A stretch of DNA of 61,588 bases, filler included, from 7 parts of 7 records of this genome joined end to end with filler, not necessarily neighbours in it; one strand, 5' to 3'. Positions 40,218 to 50,733 are shown, counted from the whole stretch's first letter. Numbers and translations are program-made. The notes: a model not told the origin generated them from the sequence alone.

Positions 40218-41102
40218 ATGAGTATAGAAATCAGAGGCGTCATACCTCCCATCGTCACTCCCTTTACCGGGGACGGCAGCGAGATCTCAGAGGAGAATCT
40301 GAGAAAGGTCATCCGCCATGTGGTCTCCAACGGCTGCAGCGGAGTCTTTGTCGGAGGCAGTCAGGGGGAGTTCTTCTCCATGAGCTTTGAAGAGCGGGTG
40401 CGCTGTTATGAGGTCGCCGTGGAAGAAGCGGCGGGAGAGTTCATCGTTTTCGCCGGAACGGCGGCCGTCACCACGGCGGAGTCGGTAGCCCTGACGAGGG
40501 CGGCGGAGAAGGCGGGGGCGGACGCGGTGTCCATCATCAATCCCTACTTCATCACCCTGAACCAGGATGAGCTTTACGAACACTATAAGACGGTCGCCGA
40601 TAGCACCTGCCTGCCCGTCTACCTCTACAACAATCCGGGGCGGACCGGGAGCGTTATTCCGGTTCCCGTGATCGAGAGGCTGTCGAAGATCGGTAATATC
40701 GCGGGAATGAAAGACTCCAGCGGAGACCTGAGCTATGTGAACAACATCCTGAACAGCACAGAAAAATTCAGGCTCTTCTGCGGAAGGGACACCTGTATCT
40801 ACAATGTCCTGACCTCCGGAGGCGCGGGTGCCGTCGCGGCCACCGCCAACGTGGCGCCCGCCCTGGTTTCCAGTATCTATAACTACGTTCAGGCGGGTGA
40901 TCTGGAGGCCGCCAGAAAGGCTCAGGCCAGGTTGGCCCCCCTGCGCAACGCTTTCGATCTGGGAAGCTTCCCCGTGGTGGTCAAAGAAGCCCTCCAGCTG
41001 CTGGGCCTGGAGGTGGGGCCCGCAAGGCTGCCCATCCATCCCATGAGCGATGAGAACAGAGCCGCCCTGCGGGGTATCCTCAGTTCCATGGGGCTGCATT
41101 AG
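40218..41102 (+). CDS. DapA/NanA-family class I aldolase
   Basis: GSQGE, YNNPGRTG, GMKDSSGD (Schiff-base Lys). Confidence 0.88.
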   Translation: MSIEIRGVIPPIVTPFTGDGSEISEENLRKVIRHVVSNGCSGVFVGGSQGEFFSMSFEERVRCYEVAVEEAAGEFIVFAGTAAVTTAESVALTRAAEKAGADAVSIINPYFITLNQDELYEHYKTVADSTCLPVYLYNNPGRTGSVIPVPVIERLSKIGNIAGMKDSSGDLSYVNNILNSTEKFRLFCGRDTCIYNVLTSGGAGAVAATANVAPALVSSIYNYVQAGDLEAARKAQARLAPLRNAFDLGSFPVVVKEALQLLGLEVGPARLPIHPMSDENRAALRGILSSMGLH

Positions 41103-41245
41103 CCGGCTCTTTGCGGGGGACCGGATAATCCCTTTGGGGCTGAGCCCTGAGGGGGAACCGGAATGCTCCGCTTAGAGGGGGCCCCGCGCTGCTCCGCCCT
41201 GTGCGCTTGACGGCTGATCATTTTTACCTTAACTTTGGATACGGC

Positions 41246-41914
41246 ATGAAAACGGAAAAGAACCAGACACACCATACGAAAGACACTGTTTACGCGGACA
41301 TCCACCAGAAGATCCGGGAAGGGCGGCTGGCCCCGGGTGACTGGTTTGTTGAGCGTGAACTCTGCGAGCAGTACGGTTTGAGCCGCACCCCCATGCGCGA
41401 GGTCCTGTGGCACCTGGAAAAAGACGGCCTTCTGATTCAGACGCCCGGCAGGGGATTCAGGATCAGAAAGCTGAACCTCCAGGAGATTATGGAGATCTTC
41501 CAGGCCCGCGAGGCCGTGGAGGGGATGGCCGCCTATCTGGTCTCCCATCTGACCGACGAGGCTTTCTTTGAGAGATTGAAGGAGATCCGGGGCCGCCTGG
41601 AAGCCCTTGATGAAGGGGATCTTCAGGAGGAGGGGCCCAAGGTCGGGGCCCAGATGCATAAGCATATCATCAGCCACGCGAAGAACAGCATCCTTCAAAG
41701 CTACTTCGAGAAGCTCCACATCCTCTACTCTCTGACCGTGAACATCACCCGCCGGTCTCAGGATATCGAGAAAAAATCCAGGGAGTACCATCTGGCCATC
41801 ATGGATGCGATCATGGCCAGGGACGGTGAAAAGGCGGAGCGCCTGATGCGGGAGCACCTGAGAGAGACCTGCCGGAACATCACCAAGATTTTCTATCCCA
41901 ATCTCCTGGATTAA
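41246..41914 (+). CDS. GntR (FadR/FCD) family regulator
   Basis: LSRTPMREVL HTH; REAVEG and EYHLAIMDAI FCD motifs. Confidence 0.92.
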   Translation: MKTEKNQTHHTKDTVYADIHQKIREGRLAPGDWFVERELCEQYGLSRTPMREVLWHLEKDGLLIQTPGRGFRIRKLNLQEIMEIFQAREAVEGMAAYLVSHLTDEAFFERLKEIRGRLEALDEGDLQEEGPKVGAQMHKHIISHAKNSILQSYFEKLHILYSLTVNITRRSQDIEKKSREYHLAIMDAIMARDGEKAERLMREHLRETCRNITKIFYPNLLD

Positions 41915-42042
41915 TGTTTCCGGACTGAATTCCGAGATATCTTTCGTTTGCAGACGGACGATTCCCTATAATCATCATCCCCCTTATGACCTTCCAGGTA
42001 AAAGCGGCTATAATACTGCAAAATGAACATTGGAGTATTATT

Positions 42043-42891
42043 ATGAAGAAAATCATATCTCTTCTCTTTGCGGTCTTGTCGATTTCATGTGCAACCGGAA
42101 CCATGAAGAAAGCCGACGTCCTTCTTCCTGCGGGAGAATCTGAGATCACCCTTCCTTCCGGCGCCAGAGGAACCGTCCTGATCGCCGACGGGAAGGAGGC
42201 CCCCTTCGTCATTATGTATCACGGCTACGCCAGTAACAAGGACGAAGTGGGAAACATGTACAGGGATGAAGCGGCCCGGCTGCGGGCCATGGGCATCAGC
42301 TCTCTCCGTATCGGGTACAGAGGCTGGGACGGCCCCGAATTCGATGAGACCTTCATCACCGTCCACACCATGATGGAGGATGCCCGGGAGGCCCTGGATT
42401 ACGTCCGCTCCCTTCCCTATGCGGACTGCGGGAGGATAGCCCTTCTGGGATTCAGCATGGGCGGCGGCGTGGCCCAGTATATCGCCGGAACCCATCCAGA
42501 CGAAATCGCCGCCGTGGCCACCTGGTCCAGCAGTATCGAGTACAGCTCCCTGCTGGAAGAAGAGGACAAGCGGACCGCCATCGCCGATGGCAAGGTGGAG
42601 CTGGACCTCGGCTGGCGCAAGATCACCCACAGCCGGGAGTTCGCGGAGTCCCTTGACAGCTACGATCCTCTGGAAAGCTCCAGAAAGTACAAAGGCCCCT
42701 TTCTGATCGTAGACGGCACAGACGACTTCCTCTACCCCAATACCGCCGTCCTCAAGGACGCCCATCCCCAGGCCGAGGTCTTTGAGATCGAAGGGGCCGA
42801 CCATATCTACCATGTCCTTTCCGGCGATACGGCCCTTGCTGAGAAGGCCATGGACAAGACCGCCCGGTGGCTGGAGGAGCAGCTGAAATAG
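42043..42891 (+). CDS. Alpha/beta hydrolase lipoprotein
   Basis: Signal with ISC lipobox-like Cys, HGY, GFSMGG, DGTDD, GADH. Confidence 0.88.
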   Translation: MKKIISLLFAVLSISCATGTMKKADVLLPAGESEITLPSGARGTVLIADGKEAPFVIMYHGYASNKDEVGNMYRDEAARLRAMGISSLRIGYRGWDGPEFDETFITVHTMMEDAREALDYVRSLPYADCGRIALLGFSMGGGVAQYIAGTHPDEIAAVATWSSSIEYSSLLEEEDKRTAIADGKVELDLGWRKITHSREFAESLDSYDPLESSRKYKGPFLIVDGTDDFLYPNTAVLKDAHPQAEVFEIEGADHIYHVLSGDTALAEKAMDKTARWLEEQLK

Positions 42892-42896
42892 GGCCG

Positions 42897-42996
42897 NNNN
42901 NNNNNNNNNNNNNNNNNNNNNNNNNNNNNNNNNNNNNNNNTTAATTAATTAANNNNNNNNNNNNNNNNNNNNNNNNNNNNNNNNNNNNNNNNNNNN
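42897..42996. other. Artificial contig spacer
   Basis: 44 N + TTAATTAATTAA + 44 N. Confidence 0.99.
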
Positions 42997-43043
42997 GGCC
43001 TCTCACGCCGGTAACAGGGGTTCGACTCCCCTACGGGTTGCCA
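42997..43043 (+). tRNA. tRNA-Glu(CTC), 3' fragment
   Basis: Anticodon arm GGC-CTCTCAC-GCC, T arm AGGGG-TTCGACT-CCCCT, encoded CCA end. Confidence 0.88.
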
Positions 43044-43192
43044 TTTTTCTCTTATTTCAATAACAAATTAAAAAAGATTTTACCCGGATTTAGAGTAATT
43101 CTAACTTCCTTTAAATAATTATATTCTATTGACAACTTTTGTTATTAAAGTTACCCTGTTCATCCGTTTTTTTAACTGTTCGGAGCCTGAAA

Positions 43193-44767
43193 ATGCTTGA
43201 TTACATCATCTATGGTGCTGGTTTTATCCTTGCGATTGCTTTTCTGTTCATTATCTGGAGTTATGCAAAGGGGCTTAAAGACTCACCTTATGAGATCTAC
43301 CTTCTCTTTTTTACAAAGGTTACTGAGTATTCTGCGTACGGTGCGATCAACATCTCATTTATATTGTATCTTTCTATGGATATGGGTCTTTCTGATGTTG
43401 AGGCGGGCTCTTTTATGGGACTTTATTCCCCGCTTGTAACGCTACTTGTTGTTTTTGTTGGTCCTTTCTGTGATGTTATCGGTGTTAAGAAGACGCTGCT
43501 TTTTGGAGCTGTTACTCTGCTCTTTTCACGTTTAATGCTTCCTTTTATGCCAAATCTCGTTGCCGCAGCTATTTTCGGTTTCTTCCCGATGGCTTTTGGT
43601 ATTGCGATCACTGGTCCTGTTATTTCAGTTGGTATTAAGCGCTTTACAACTAAAGAGACTGCTGCCCTGGGTTTTGGTCTTTTCTACACACTGATGAATG
43701 TTGGTTGGGCGATCGGTGCAAGCATCTTTGATGGCATGCGTGGATGGCTTGGTGAGCATGAGCTTTATGATTTCGGAGCGGCTTTTGGTCTGGATCTGCC
43801 TTTTTCAATTAGTCTTTCAACATATCAGTGGATCTTCCTTCTGGGCTTTGTCATCAATATCCCTGATTTTATCGCGATAGTTTTAATGCGAGACGGTGTT
43901 GCGCTTGATGATGATGGAAAGATAACAGTTACTCCGTACAACGTTTTTGATAAGGGAAAAGGTTTTGTTAAAGCTTTTATTGAAACTGTTACTAATGCAG
44001 CACAGGAAACTTTTAAGAAGCTTATCTCAGTTTTCAAGGAAAGATCATTTCATGTTTTCCTTCTGATGCTTTTTCTTACAATTTTCACAAGAATAATATT
44101 TGAACACTTTCATTACACTCTTCCAAAATACGGTATCAGACTTTTTGGAAATGGAGCTAAGGTTGGAAGTATCTACGGTGTTTTGAACCCTACTCTTATT
44201 GTTTTCCTTGTACCGCTTGTTGCGACACTTACAAGAAAGGTGAAATCTTACACAATGTTGCTGATAGGAGTAATAGTATCCTCGCTTTCAGTTTTTATTG
44301 CAGTGCTTCCGGTTGATACTTTTGCATTTCTAAATAACACTTGGGTTTCAGAGTTGGTGTATGATCGCTGGTTAAATGTTCTTCCTGAAAACCAGACAAA
44401 TCTTTATTTCTCTCTGATAGCCTTTGTTATTGTTTTTACAATTGGAGAGGCATTGTGGTCTCCAAGACTTATGCAGTTTGCTGCAGAAGTTGCTCCGAAA
44501 GGAAAGGAAGCTTCCTATATTTCTCTTGCGATTCTTCCTTATTTTCTTGCAAAGATCGTTGCCGGTCCTTTTTCAGGATGGCTTGTGGCTACATATACAC
44601 CTGCAATGCCGGAACTAAATGGAGCGCCTGGCATAATTGTTGCCCCTGAAGCTTACGCAAATCACCAGATGATCTGGTGGTGGATCGGTTGTATCGCAGT
44701 TATTACTCCAATTGGACTTGTTGTTTTCAAGAAACTCTTTAAAGCAGCAGAAGCAGGCACAATTTAA
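43193..44767 (+). CDS. MFS transporter (POT/PTR-like)
   Basis: At least 12 hydrophobic segments; GFGLFYTLMNVG, IGEALWSP, APKGKEASY. Confidence 0.82.
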   Translation: MLDYIIYGAGFILAIAFLFIIWSYAKGLKDSPYEIYLLFFTKVTEYSAYGAINISFILYLSMDMGLSDVEAGSFMGLYSPLVTLLVVFVGPFCDVIGVKKTLLFGAVTLLFSRLMLPFMPNLVAAAIFGFFPMAFGIAITGPVISVGIKRFTTKETAALGFGLFYTLMNVGWAIGASIFDGMRGWLGEHELYDFGAAFGLDLPFSISLSTYQWIFLLGFVINIPDFIAIVLMRDGVALDDDGKITVTPYNVFDKGKGFVKAFIETVTNAAQETFKKLISVFKERSFHVFLLMLFLTIFTRIIFEHFHYTLPKYGIRLFGNGAKVGSIYGVLNPTLIVFLVPLVATLTRKVKSYTMLLIGVIVSSLSVFIAVLPVDTFAFLNNTWVSELVYDRWLNVLPENQTNLYFSLIAFVIVFTIGEALWSPRLMQFAAEVAPKGKEASYISLAILPYFLAKIVAGPFSGWLVATYTPAMPELNGAPGIIVAPEAYANHQMIWWWIGCIAVITPIGLVVFKKLFKAAEAGTI

Positions 44768-44782
44768 GTCTCATTTGTCTAA

Positions 44783-44810
44783 TTGACTTCATCCCTATAA
44801 ATGCTAAAAT
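44783..44810 (+). promoter_or_regulatory. Promoter of the porin-amylase operon
   Basis: TTGACT-16 nt-TAAAAT with extended TG. Confidence 0.5.
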
Positions 44811-44839
44811 TACCGGACTTTAATCTTGTGGGGGATTTT

Positions 44840-46279
44840 ATGAAAAGATCACGTATTCTGATGTTGATCATTTTGTTCTTTTTGCTTGTTTACGCTAACG
44901 CGCTGACCGCAGAAGAAAAAAAGGATGATATAGCAAATGCCAAAGTTGTTAAAGAGGAACCCGTTAAAGAAAAGAATGATGGCCGCGGTTTTATCTTTGG
45001 TTCTTACGGTCGTGCCCAACCAGCTACAGATCTTGAAGGTGGCAGCCCTAAGTGGGTAAATATCGTTGATCATGGAAGTCGCCTTGAGCAGGGAAGCTAT
45101 GTTGAGCTCGACTTTGCCTATCTTTTTAAAAAGCCTGGAGACGGACCGCTTTTTGATTTTGTTACTACCTTAGCATTTTCTGAAAGTCTTTTTCATGGTA
45201 GTGGAAAGTGGGCAGCTGTCAGTGCTGTTAGAAACCTGTTCGTTAGAGCTGAAAATATTATCTGGAAACCTCTTGGAATGTGGATCGGAAGCAGAATGTA
45301 TAGAGGTGATGATATTTACCTGCTTGATTTCTGGCCACTTGATAATGCAAACATGTATGGTGGAGGCATAGGACTTCACTTTGATGACTGGAAGCTTGAT
45401 TATTATGTTGGTTTTAACCGTCTTGAGGTTGATTGGCAGCTACAGGAAAAGACTGTTGTTACTGACACTTTCGGTGCTGAAAGTATTACCTGGATGGATA
45501 GACAACGTCTTGTCACCGGTCTTAAATATGAGCACAAGCACATGTTTAACGGTTCATTTGGAATGAAGTGGAAACTTTTTGGTGAGTTTCAAAGGATCGG
45601 TAAAGGAAATGAATACCAGGATCCGGTGGATGACGCAAACAGTATTACCTACCCTGAGGATTTTGGATGGTCAGTTGGTGCTCAGCTTGGACTTTTTGGA
45701 TACAGAAAGAACAGTTTTGCTAATCTTTTTGTAAAATATTCCGGAGGGCTTGGAGCTTATGGGCTTTTAAATGTGCCTTGGGGATTTGATAATGAATACA
45801 AGACTTTGGATGCAAAAGAGTTCCTTGTTGCCTTGACCTCCAATCTTGAAATTAAGTGGTTCGCAAATATGTTTGGAGCTTACGTACGTTATTTTACAGA
45901 TTCAGATTCAAATAAATATGACAACGATGACTATGTGGAATTTATTTTTTCGATGAGGCCTCATTTCATTCTTCACAAATATTTCTATCTTGCCTTTGAG
46001 ATTTCTCATCAGCTGAAGAAAACAAATGGTCTGACTAGGTTGCCGGATGACTCTGAGAAAAATATTTTTCCACAGGTTACAAAGCTTTCGTTTCTCCCGA
46101 TAGTTACACTTGGTGGTGGAACTTATGCCCGACCACAGCTTAGGCTTGTTTATACGGCGGCTTTTCAAAATGACGATGCAAGGTATCTCTACAATGTCGA
46201 AGATGTGAGATCCCAGAGAAATGTTCTCCACTATTTCGGACTAAGTGCCGAGTGGTGGTTTAATGTTGGACACAGGTAG
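44840..46279 (+). CDS. LamB/maltoporin-like carbohydrate porin
   Basis: Signal peptide, FGSYGR, SRLEQGSYVEL, WIGSRMYRGDDIYLLDFW, ARPQLRL, AEWWF C-terminal strand. Confidence 0.82.
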   Translation: MKRSRILMLIILFFLLVYANALTAEEKKDDIANAKVVKEEPVKEKNDGRGFIFGSYGRAQPATDLEGGSPKWVNIVDHGSRLEQGSYVELDFAYLFKKPGDGPLFDFVTTLAFSESLFHGSGKWAAVSAVRNLFVRAENIIWKPLGMWIGSRMYRGDDIYLLDFWPLDNANMYGGGIGLHFDDWKLDYYVGFNRLEVDWQLQEKTVVTDTFGAESITWMDRQRLVTGLKYEHKHMFNGSFGMKWKLFGEFQRIGKGNEYQDPVDDANSITYPEDFGWSVGAQLGLFGYRKNSFANLFVKYSGGLGAYGLLNVPWGFDNEYKTLDAKEFLVALTSNLEIKWFANMFGAYVRYFTDSDSNKYDNDDYVEFIFSMRPHFILHKYFYLAFEISHQLKKTNGLTRLPDDSEKNIFPQVTKLSFLPIVTLGGGTYARPQLRLVYTAAFQNDDARYLYNVEDVRSQRNVLHYFGLSAEWWFNVGHR

Positions 46280-46288
46280 GGGGCGAAA

Positions 46289-48250
46289 ATGAAAATACTA
46301 AAAACGATACTTTTGCTAATAGTTGTCATTCTCTCCGGTTGCGTTGATGTTTCGAAGGTCGAAGGGCCGATGGACATTACAAACCATGTTGATGACTGGC
46401 GCGATGAAGTTATTTATCAGCTTATTACAGACAGATTTGCTGATGGAGATGTAAATAACAATCATAAAGTAAATAAAAAGTCTCTCACAGCCTGGAATGG
46501 CGGAGATTTTCAAGGAATTATTGATAATATAGACTACCTTAAAGAGCTAGGTGTAACAACTCTGTGGATCAGTCCAGTTGTTAAAAATGTTGATGAAGAC
46601 GCAGGTATTGCGGGTTATCATGGTTACTGGACACAGGATTTTAAGGGTGTGAATCCGCATTTTGGTGATCTTGCAAAACTTCGTGAAATGATACAGATCC
46701 TGCATAAAAACGATATAAAGGTCATTCTTGACATTGTTGCAAACCATGTTGGTCAGCTTTTCTATTATGATATGAACAAGAACGATCAGCCGGATGAAAT
46801 GGTCATGGGTAGTGATATGACATGCGGACAGTACTGTTCAAGAATAATTTCTGAGGAAAATGAAGTTGCTGCAACTCAGATGTGTAAGGAAGAGTACAGC
46901 TCTGTTTTTGAGACTGGTGGTGACAACAGTGAATGTTACAATAATTGTATAGATCGCTGTGAGAATGAAGAATATCCTCAGAAAATGGGAATGAAAAGAT
47001 ACAGTGAGTGGGATCCTGATTTCGATCCAAGAAAAGTTAGGGCTTTTTCTGAAGCTGGAGAATCCGGCCTTGCACCGGTTGAGTGGGTTTACATGCCTGA
47101 AATTAACAGAGTTCCTCCAAATCCGCCGGAATTCCAGAATGAAGACTGGTACAACAGAATGGGTAGGATAGTAACTTGGGAAAGTGAATATCAGGTTGTC
47201 AAAGGTGATTTTCCAGGTGGACTTAAAGATCTTGATACCACTAATAATGAAGTTAGAAATGCTCTCATTTCAGTTTTTCAATACTGGATAAGTGCAATAA
47301 ATATTGATGGTTTCAGAATTGACACTATTAAACATGTTGAGCATGAATTCTGGAGAGTTTTTACTCCTGCAATGAGAGATTATGCAAAAGGTCTTGGTAA
47401 GAATAACTTTCTTATCTTCGGTGAGGCTTTTGATGGAAGAGATGATCTGCTTGGAAGTTATACAAAGAATGATGAAATGGATTCAGTCTTTTATTTCTCA
47501 CAGAAATTCCAGGTTTTTGATGCAATATTTAAACATGGTGCTGCAACGAAGAATTTTGAAAGGCTCTATAATTTAAGAATGAACAAGCAGGCTGACGGAA
47601 GTGAGCTTCCTGAAGATGAAGAACCAAGATACGGTACAAACTCAGGCGTTACAGACATTGACGGGAAAACGCTCAGTCCTCAAAAGATCATGGTGAATTT
47701 TATGGATAACCACGATCTTCCAAGATTTCTCTATGAACAACCTGATGAAAAAGCGCTTAGAAATGCAATGACATTGATGCTCACGATGGACGGAATTCCT
47801 TGTATTTATTACGGAACTGAGCAGAACTATGATGGTGGGAATGATCCAGCGAACAGAGAGCCTCTTTGGGAAAGTGGATATGATAGAAAGAATGATACCT
47901 TTAAACATATTTCAGCTCTAAATTCACTTAGACAAGAGTATGCGCCACTTCGTAGAGGCGATATGAAAGTTCTCTGGGCAACAGACAATGTGGGTGATGA
48001 GCAGGATGCCGGAATTCTTGCTTTTGAAAGGACTTATAAAGGTGAAACCGTTCTTGTGATAATCAACACAAATAAGAAAAAAGCATCTCTAACTTCCAAT
48101 GAAGACACTGTGATGCAGACAACATTTGATGGTGGAACGAAACTTAAAGATGTCTTTCCTGGTTCTGCCGGGAAAACAGTTACAATTGAAAGTGACGGGA
48201 CGCTTGATCTAAGTATTCCAAGCCAGTCGTCAATGATCTTGGTGAAATAG
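46289..48250 (+). CDS. GH13 alpha-amylase family lipoprotein
   Basis: LSGC lipobox; YHGYW, DIVANH, DGFRIDTIKH, GEAF, FMDNHD catalytic regions. Confidence 0.93.
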   Translation: MKILKTILLLIVVILSGCVDVSKVEGPMDITNHVDDWRDEVIYQLITDRFADGDVNNNHKVNKKSLTAWNGGDFQGIIDNIDYLKELGVTTLWISPVVKNVDEDAGIAGYHGYWTQDFKGVNPHFGDLAKLREMIQILHKNDIKVILDIVANHVGQLFYYDMNKNDQPDEMVMGSDMTCGQYCSRIISEENEVAATQMCKEEYSSVFETGGDNSECYNNCIDRCENEEYPQKMGMKRYSEWDPDFDPRKVRAFSEAGESGLAPVEWVYMPEINRVPPNPPEFQNEDWYNRMGRIVTWESEYQVVKGDFPGGLKDLDTTNNEVRNALISVFQYWISAINIDGFRIDTIKHVEHEFWRVFTPAMRDYAKGLGKNNFLIFGEAFDGRDDLLGSYTKNDEMDSVFYFSQKFQVFDAIFKHGAATKNFERLYNLRMNKQADGSELPEDEEPRYGTNSGVTDIDGKTLSPQKIMVNFMDNHDLPRFLYEQPDEKALRNAMTLMLTMDGIPCIYYGTEQNYDGGNDPANREPLWESGYDRKNDTFKHISALNSLRQEYAPLRRGDMKVLWATDNVGDEQDAGILAFERTYKGETVLVIINTNKKKASLTSNEDTVMQTTFDGGTKLKDVFPGSAGKTVTIESDGTLDLSIPSQSSMILVK

Positions 48251-49093
48251 CTACTCTTTAGATAATTCCTCGAAATCCTCAGCATAATCAAAAAGTGTTT
48301 CAGCAAGAGTTTCTCTCTGCTCTTTTGTTAAAGTCTGAGCAAGTTCCCAAAGACCTTTTTTCGAGCGTTCCCTTCTTTTTTTAACTAGTCTAAGTTCTTC
48401 TTCAGTATAAAAAGAATCCGGGTTATCAATAAGCTCCAGCATCTTTTTCTTTTTAAGTTCGATATCAGTACTTAGGAGAAGTTTTGTGAAAAAATCCTTT
48501 CTTCTTTCTGTTATTTTTTTGTATGCAGCCTCTTCAGACTGTGGCGGGATAACAGTATCTATCATGGCGACTTGTTCTTCTGTGACAGATCCAAGCCAGT
48601 TTTGGGCGTGTTCGGTCATTTCTTCTTTAACTTTTTCGTAATATCGATCTCTATCCATGTCCATCTCTTCTTCTTTGTCCTTATTTTTTTCTTCAATATT
48701 TGAAATGGTGCATTTAATCTGATCTGGAGGAAGGCTTGAAAGGAATTCAATAAGAAAAGGTTTGATCTTTGTAATGGTTCTATCCTGAGTTGTCTCAAAA
48801 AAGTTCTGAGTTTGATCATAAATTCCTTTTTCAAGTGGCCCGGAGTTAAGTGCATTTCCAAGTTTTTTTAGATTTTTTGCATAGATGGGAAGTTCATTCG
48901 ATCTATGCCAGACAAGGAAGGAATCTATCTGAGCTTCTACCTTATCGGACTGATCTGAATCAAGACAAGCTATCTTGTTTATCTGGTTGAGTACGAGCCA
49001 ATCAGCCTGATTGTATGCAAACTTAATTGAATTACAGCTAATATTCATAAAAAGTGTAAAAGCTACAATAACGAACAATAGTGATCTTTTCAT
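48251..49093 (-). CDS. Helical lipoprotein (DUF6279-like)
   Basis: ISC lipobox, FAYNQADW, WHRSNELPIY, WLGSVTEEQ; start at ATG 49093 after GGAGG. Confidence 0.72.
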   Translation of the reverse strand: MKRSLLFVIVAFTLFMNISCNSIKFAYNQADWLVLNQINKIACLDSDQSDKVEAQIDSFLVWHRSNELPIYAKNLKKLGNALNSGPLEKGIYDQTQNFFETTQDRTITKIKPFLIEFLSSLPPDQIKCTISNIEEKNKDKEEEMDMDRDRYYEKVKEEMTEHAQNWLGSVTEEQVAMIDTVIPPQSEEAAYKKITERRKDFFTKLLLSTDIELKKKKMLELIDNPDSFYTEEELRLVKKRRERSKKGLWELAQTLTKEQRETLAETLFDYAEDFEELSKE

Positions 49094-49226
49094 AATTACC
49101 TCCAAAAATAGTTGCATAAATTGTACCATGTAAAAATAAATGTTCAATAGGAAGATAATCCCCTTTACAGTTTTAAGCTGTTGAATATACTCTTTCAGTT
49201 ATTTGTTTTTTTATCTAGGAGTCGTT

Positions 49227-50633
49227 ATGAAAAAGATCTTTGTTTTACTTATTACAGTTTTAGTTTTTGGTTCTGCCTATGGACAGAGAATCCATAAACC
49301 TCTTCCAAAATGGAGACAGGCTCCGAGAAGGTTTGTGAATTTTAGAAATTTAGAGGTTCTTACACCTCCTCCTTCCGGAAAAACAATTTACACTCCTGCA
49401 GAGTACGCGCCAATGGAAGGAGTGCTCATTCAGGTTCCTGTTGGTTGGACCGAACTTTATCCATATTATGCAAAAATGATCAAAAGTATTATTGCAGCTG
49501 ATGCTATACCTTATATTATTGCTGATTCGACCTACAGATATCGTGGCCAGACATATAACGATATTGAAGATATTACTGCTGATGTTCTTACACCAAACGG
49601 AATAAATACTGATGATGTGGAATTTCTTGATTATGACTATGATGCAAACTGGACTCGTGATTATGGTCCATGGCATATCTATCTTGATGATAAGAGAGCG
49701 ATTGTAAATCAGGAATATTATGAAGATCGCGCAAATGATAATGCCATAAATGGAAAACTTGCAACGCTCTGGAATGAAGAGATCTTTTCAACAGGTCTTT
49801 CTACTGAAGGTGGTAATTTTATGACTGATGGTCTTGGAACTTGCTGGGCTTCAACAGGAGTTGTCGATATTAATAAAACTTATTATGGTTGGACAGAAGC
49901 TGATATTGATGCAGTTTTTGAAGATTACCTTAACTGCTCAAATGGAATTCATCATCCTACACCTCTTCCTAATGAAGGAACAACACACATTGATATGTTC
50001 TCAAAGATACTTGACCAGAATACTATCATTGTAAGTTCATCTACAACTGCTCTTGGTGCGACTCAAGCTGAAATAAATGCTCTTGATGCCGCAGCGGAAT
50101 TTTACAAGAATACTCCGAAGCCTGATGGCGGTGCATGGAATATCGTAAGAGTTCCAATGACTTTTGGGGACTATACATCTCAGGGCGAGACTTGGAGAGT
50201 GCAGTATACTCATTCTAATTCAACGATCGTTAATGATCATGTCATTGTTCCTATCTATAACAGAGGAACTGACGAAGAAGCTCTTGCAATCTATCAGGAA
50301 TTAATGCCAAGACATACAATTGTTGGTATTGATTCAAACGATATGATCGTATGGGGAGGTTCAATTCACTGTACAACAATGCAGATCCCTGTTGTTAATT
50401 ATTCAGAATGTGGCAACGGTGTTGTTGATGCTGGCGAAGATTGTGATACTTTTTTTACAGACGGAACAGAGTGTGAAGACCTTGAAGGTTTTAATTCCGG
50501 TATATTAAAGTGTAACAGTGACTGTACTTTTGATGACTCTGCTTGTTCTGCTGATGGTGGAGATTCCGGAGATACAGGTAATACTGGTAACACAGGAAAC
50601 ACTGGAGATACCGGTGACACAGGAAATACTGGA
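49227..50633 (+). CDS. Secreted agmatine/peptidylarginine deiminase family protein with Cys-rich and Gly-X-Thr repeat tail (3' truncated)
   Basis: Signal peptide; PAEY, WTRDYGP, EGGN, HIDM, GGSIHCTT; then CGNGVVDAGEDCD. Confidence 0.9.
50559..50633 (+). repeat. Coding 9-bp tandem repeat, (Gly-Asp/Asn-Thr)n
   Basis: GDS GDT GNT GNT GNT GDT GDT GNT G, running into the contig end. Confidence 0.9.
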
Positions 50634-50733
50634 NNNNNNNNNNNNNNNNNNNNNNNNNNNNNNNNNNNNNNNNNNNNTTAATTAATTAANNNNNNNNNNN
50701 NNNNNNNNNNNNNNNNNNNNNNNNNNNNNNNNN
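50634..50733. other. Artificial contig spacer
   Basis: 44 N + TTAATTAATTAA + 44 N. Confidence 0.99.

Noticed and set aside
44840-49093. Porin and lipoprotein genes both begin ATGAAAAGATCAC, forming a distant 13-bp inverted repeat
   Set aside because: Explained by similar signal-peptide starts (MKRS); no transposase or target duplication
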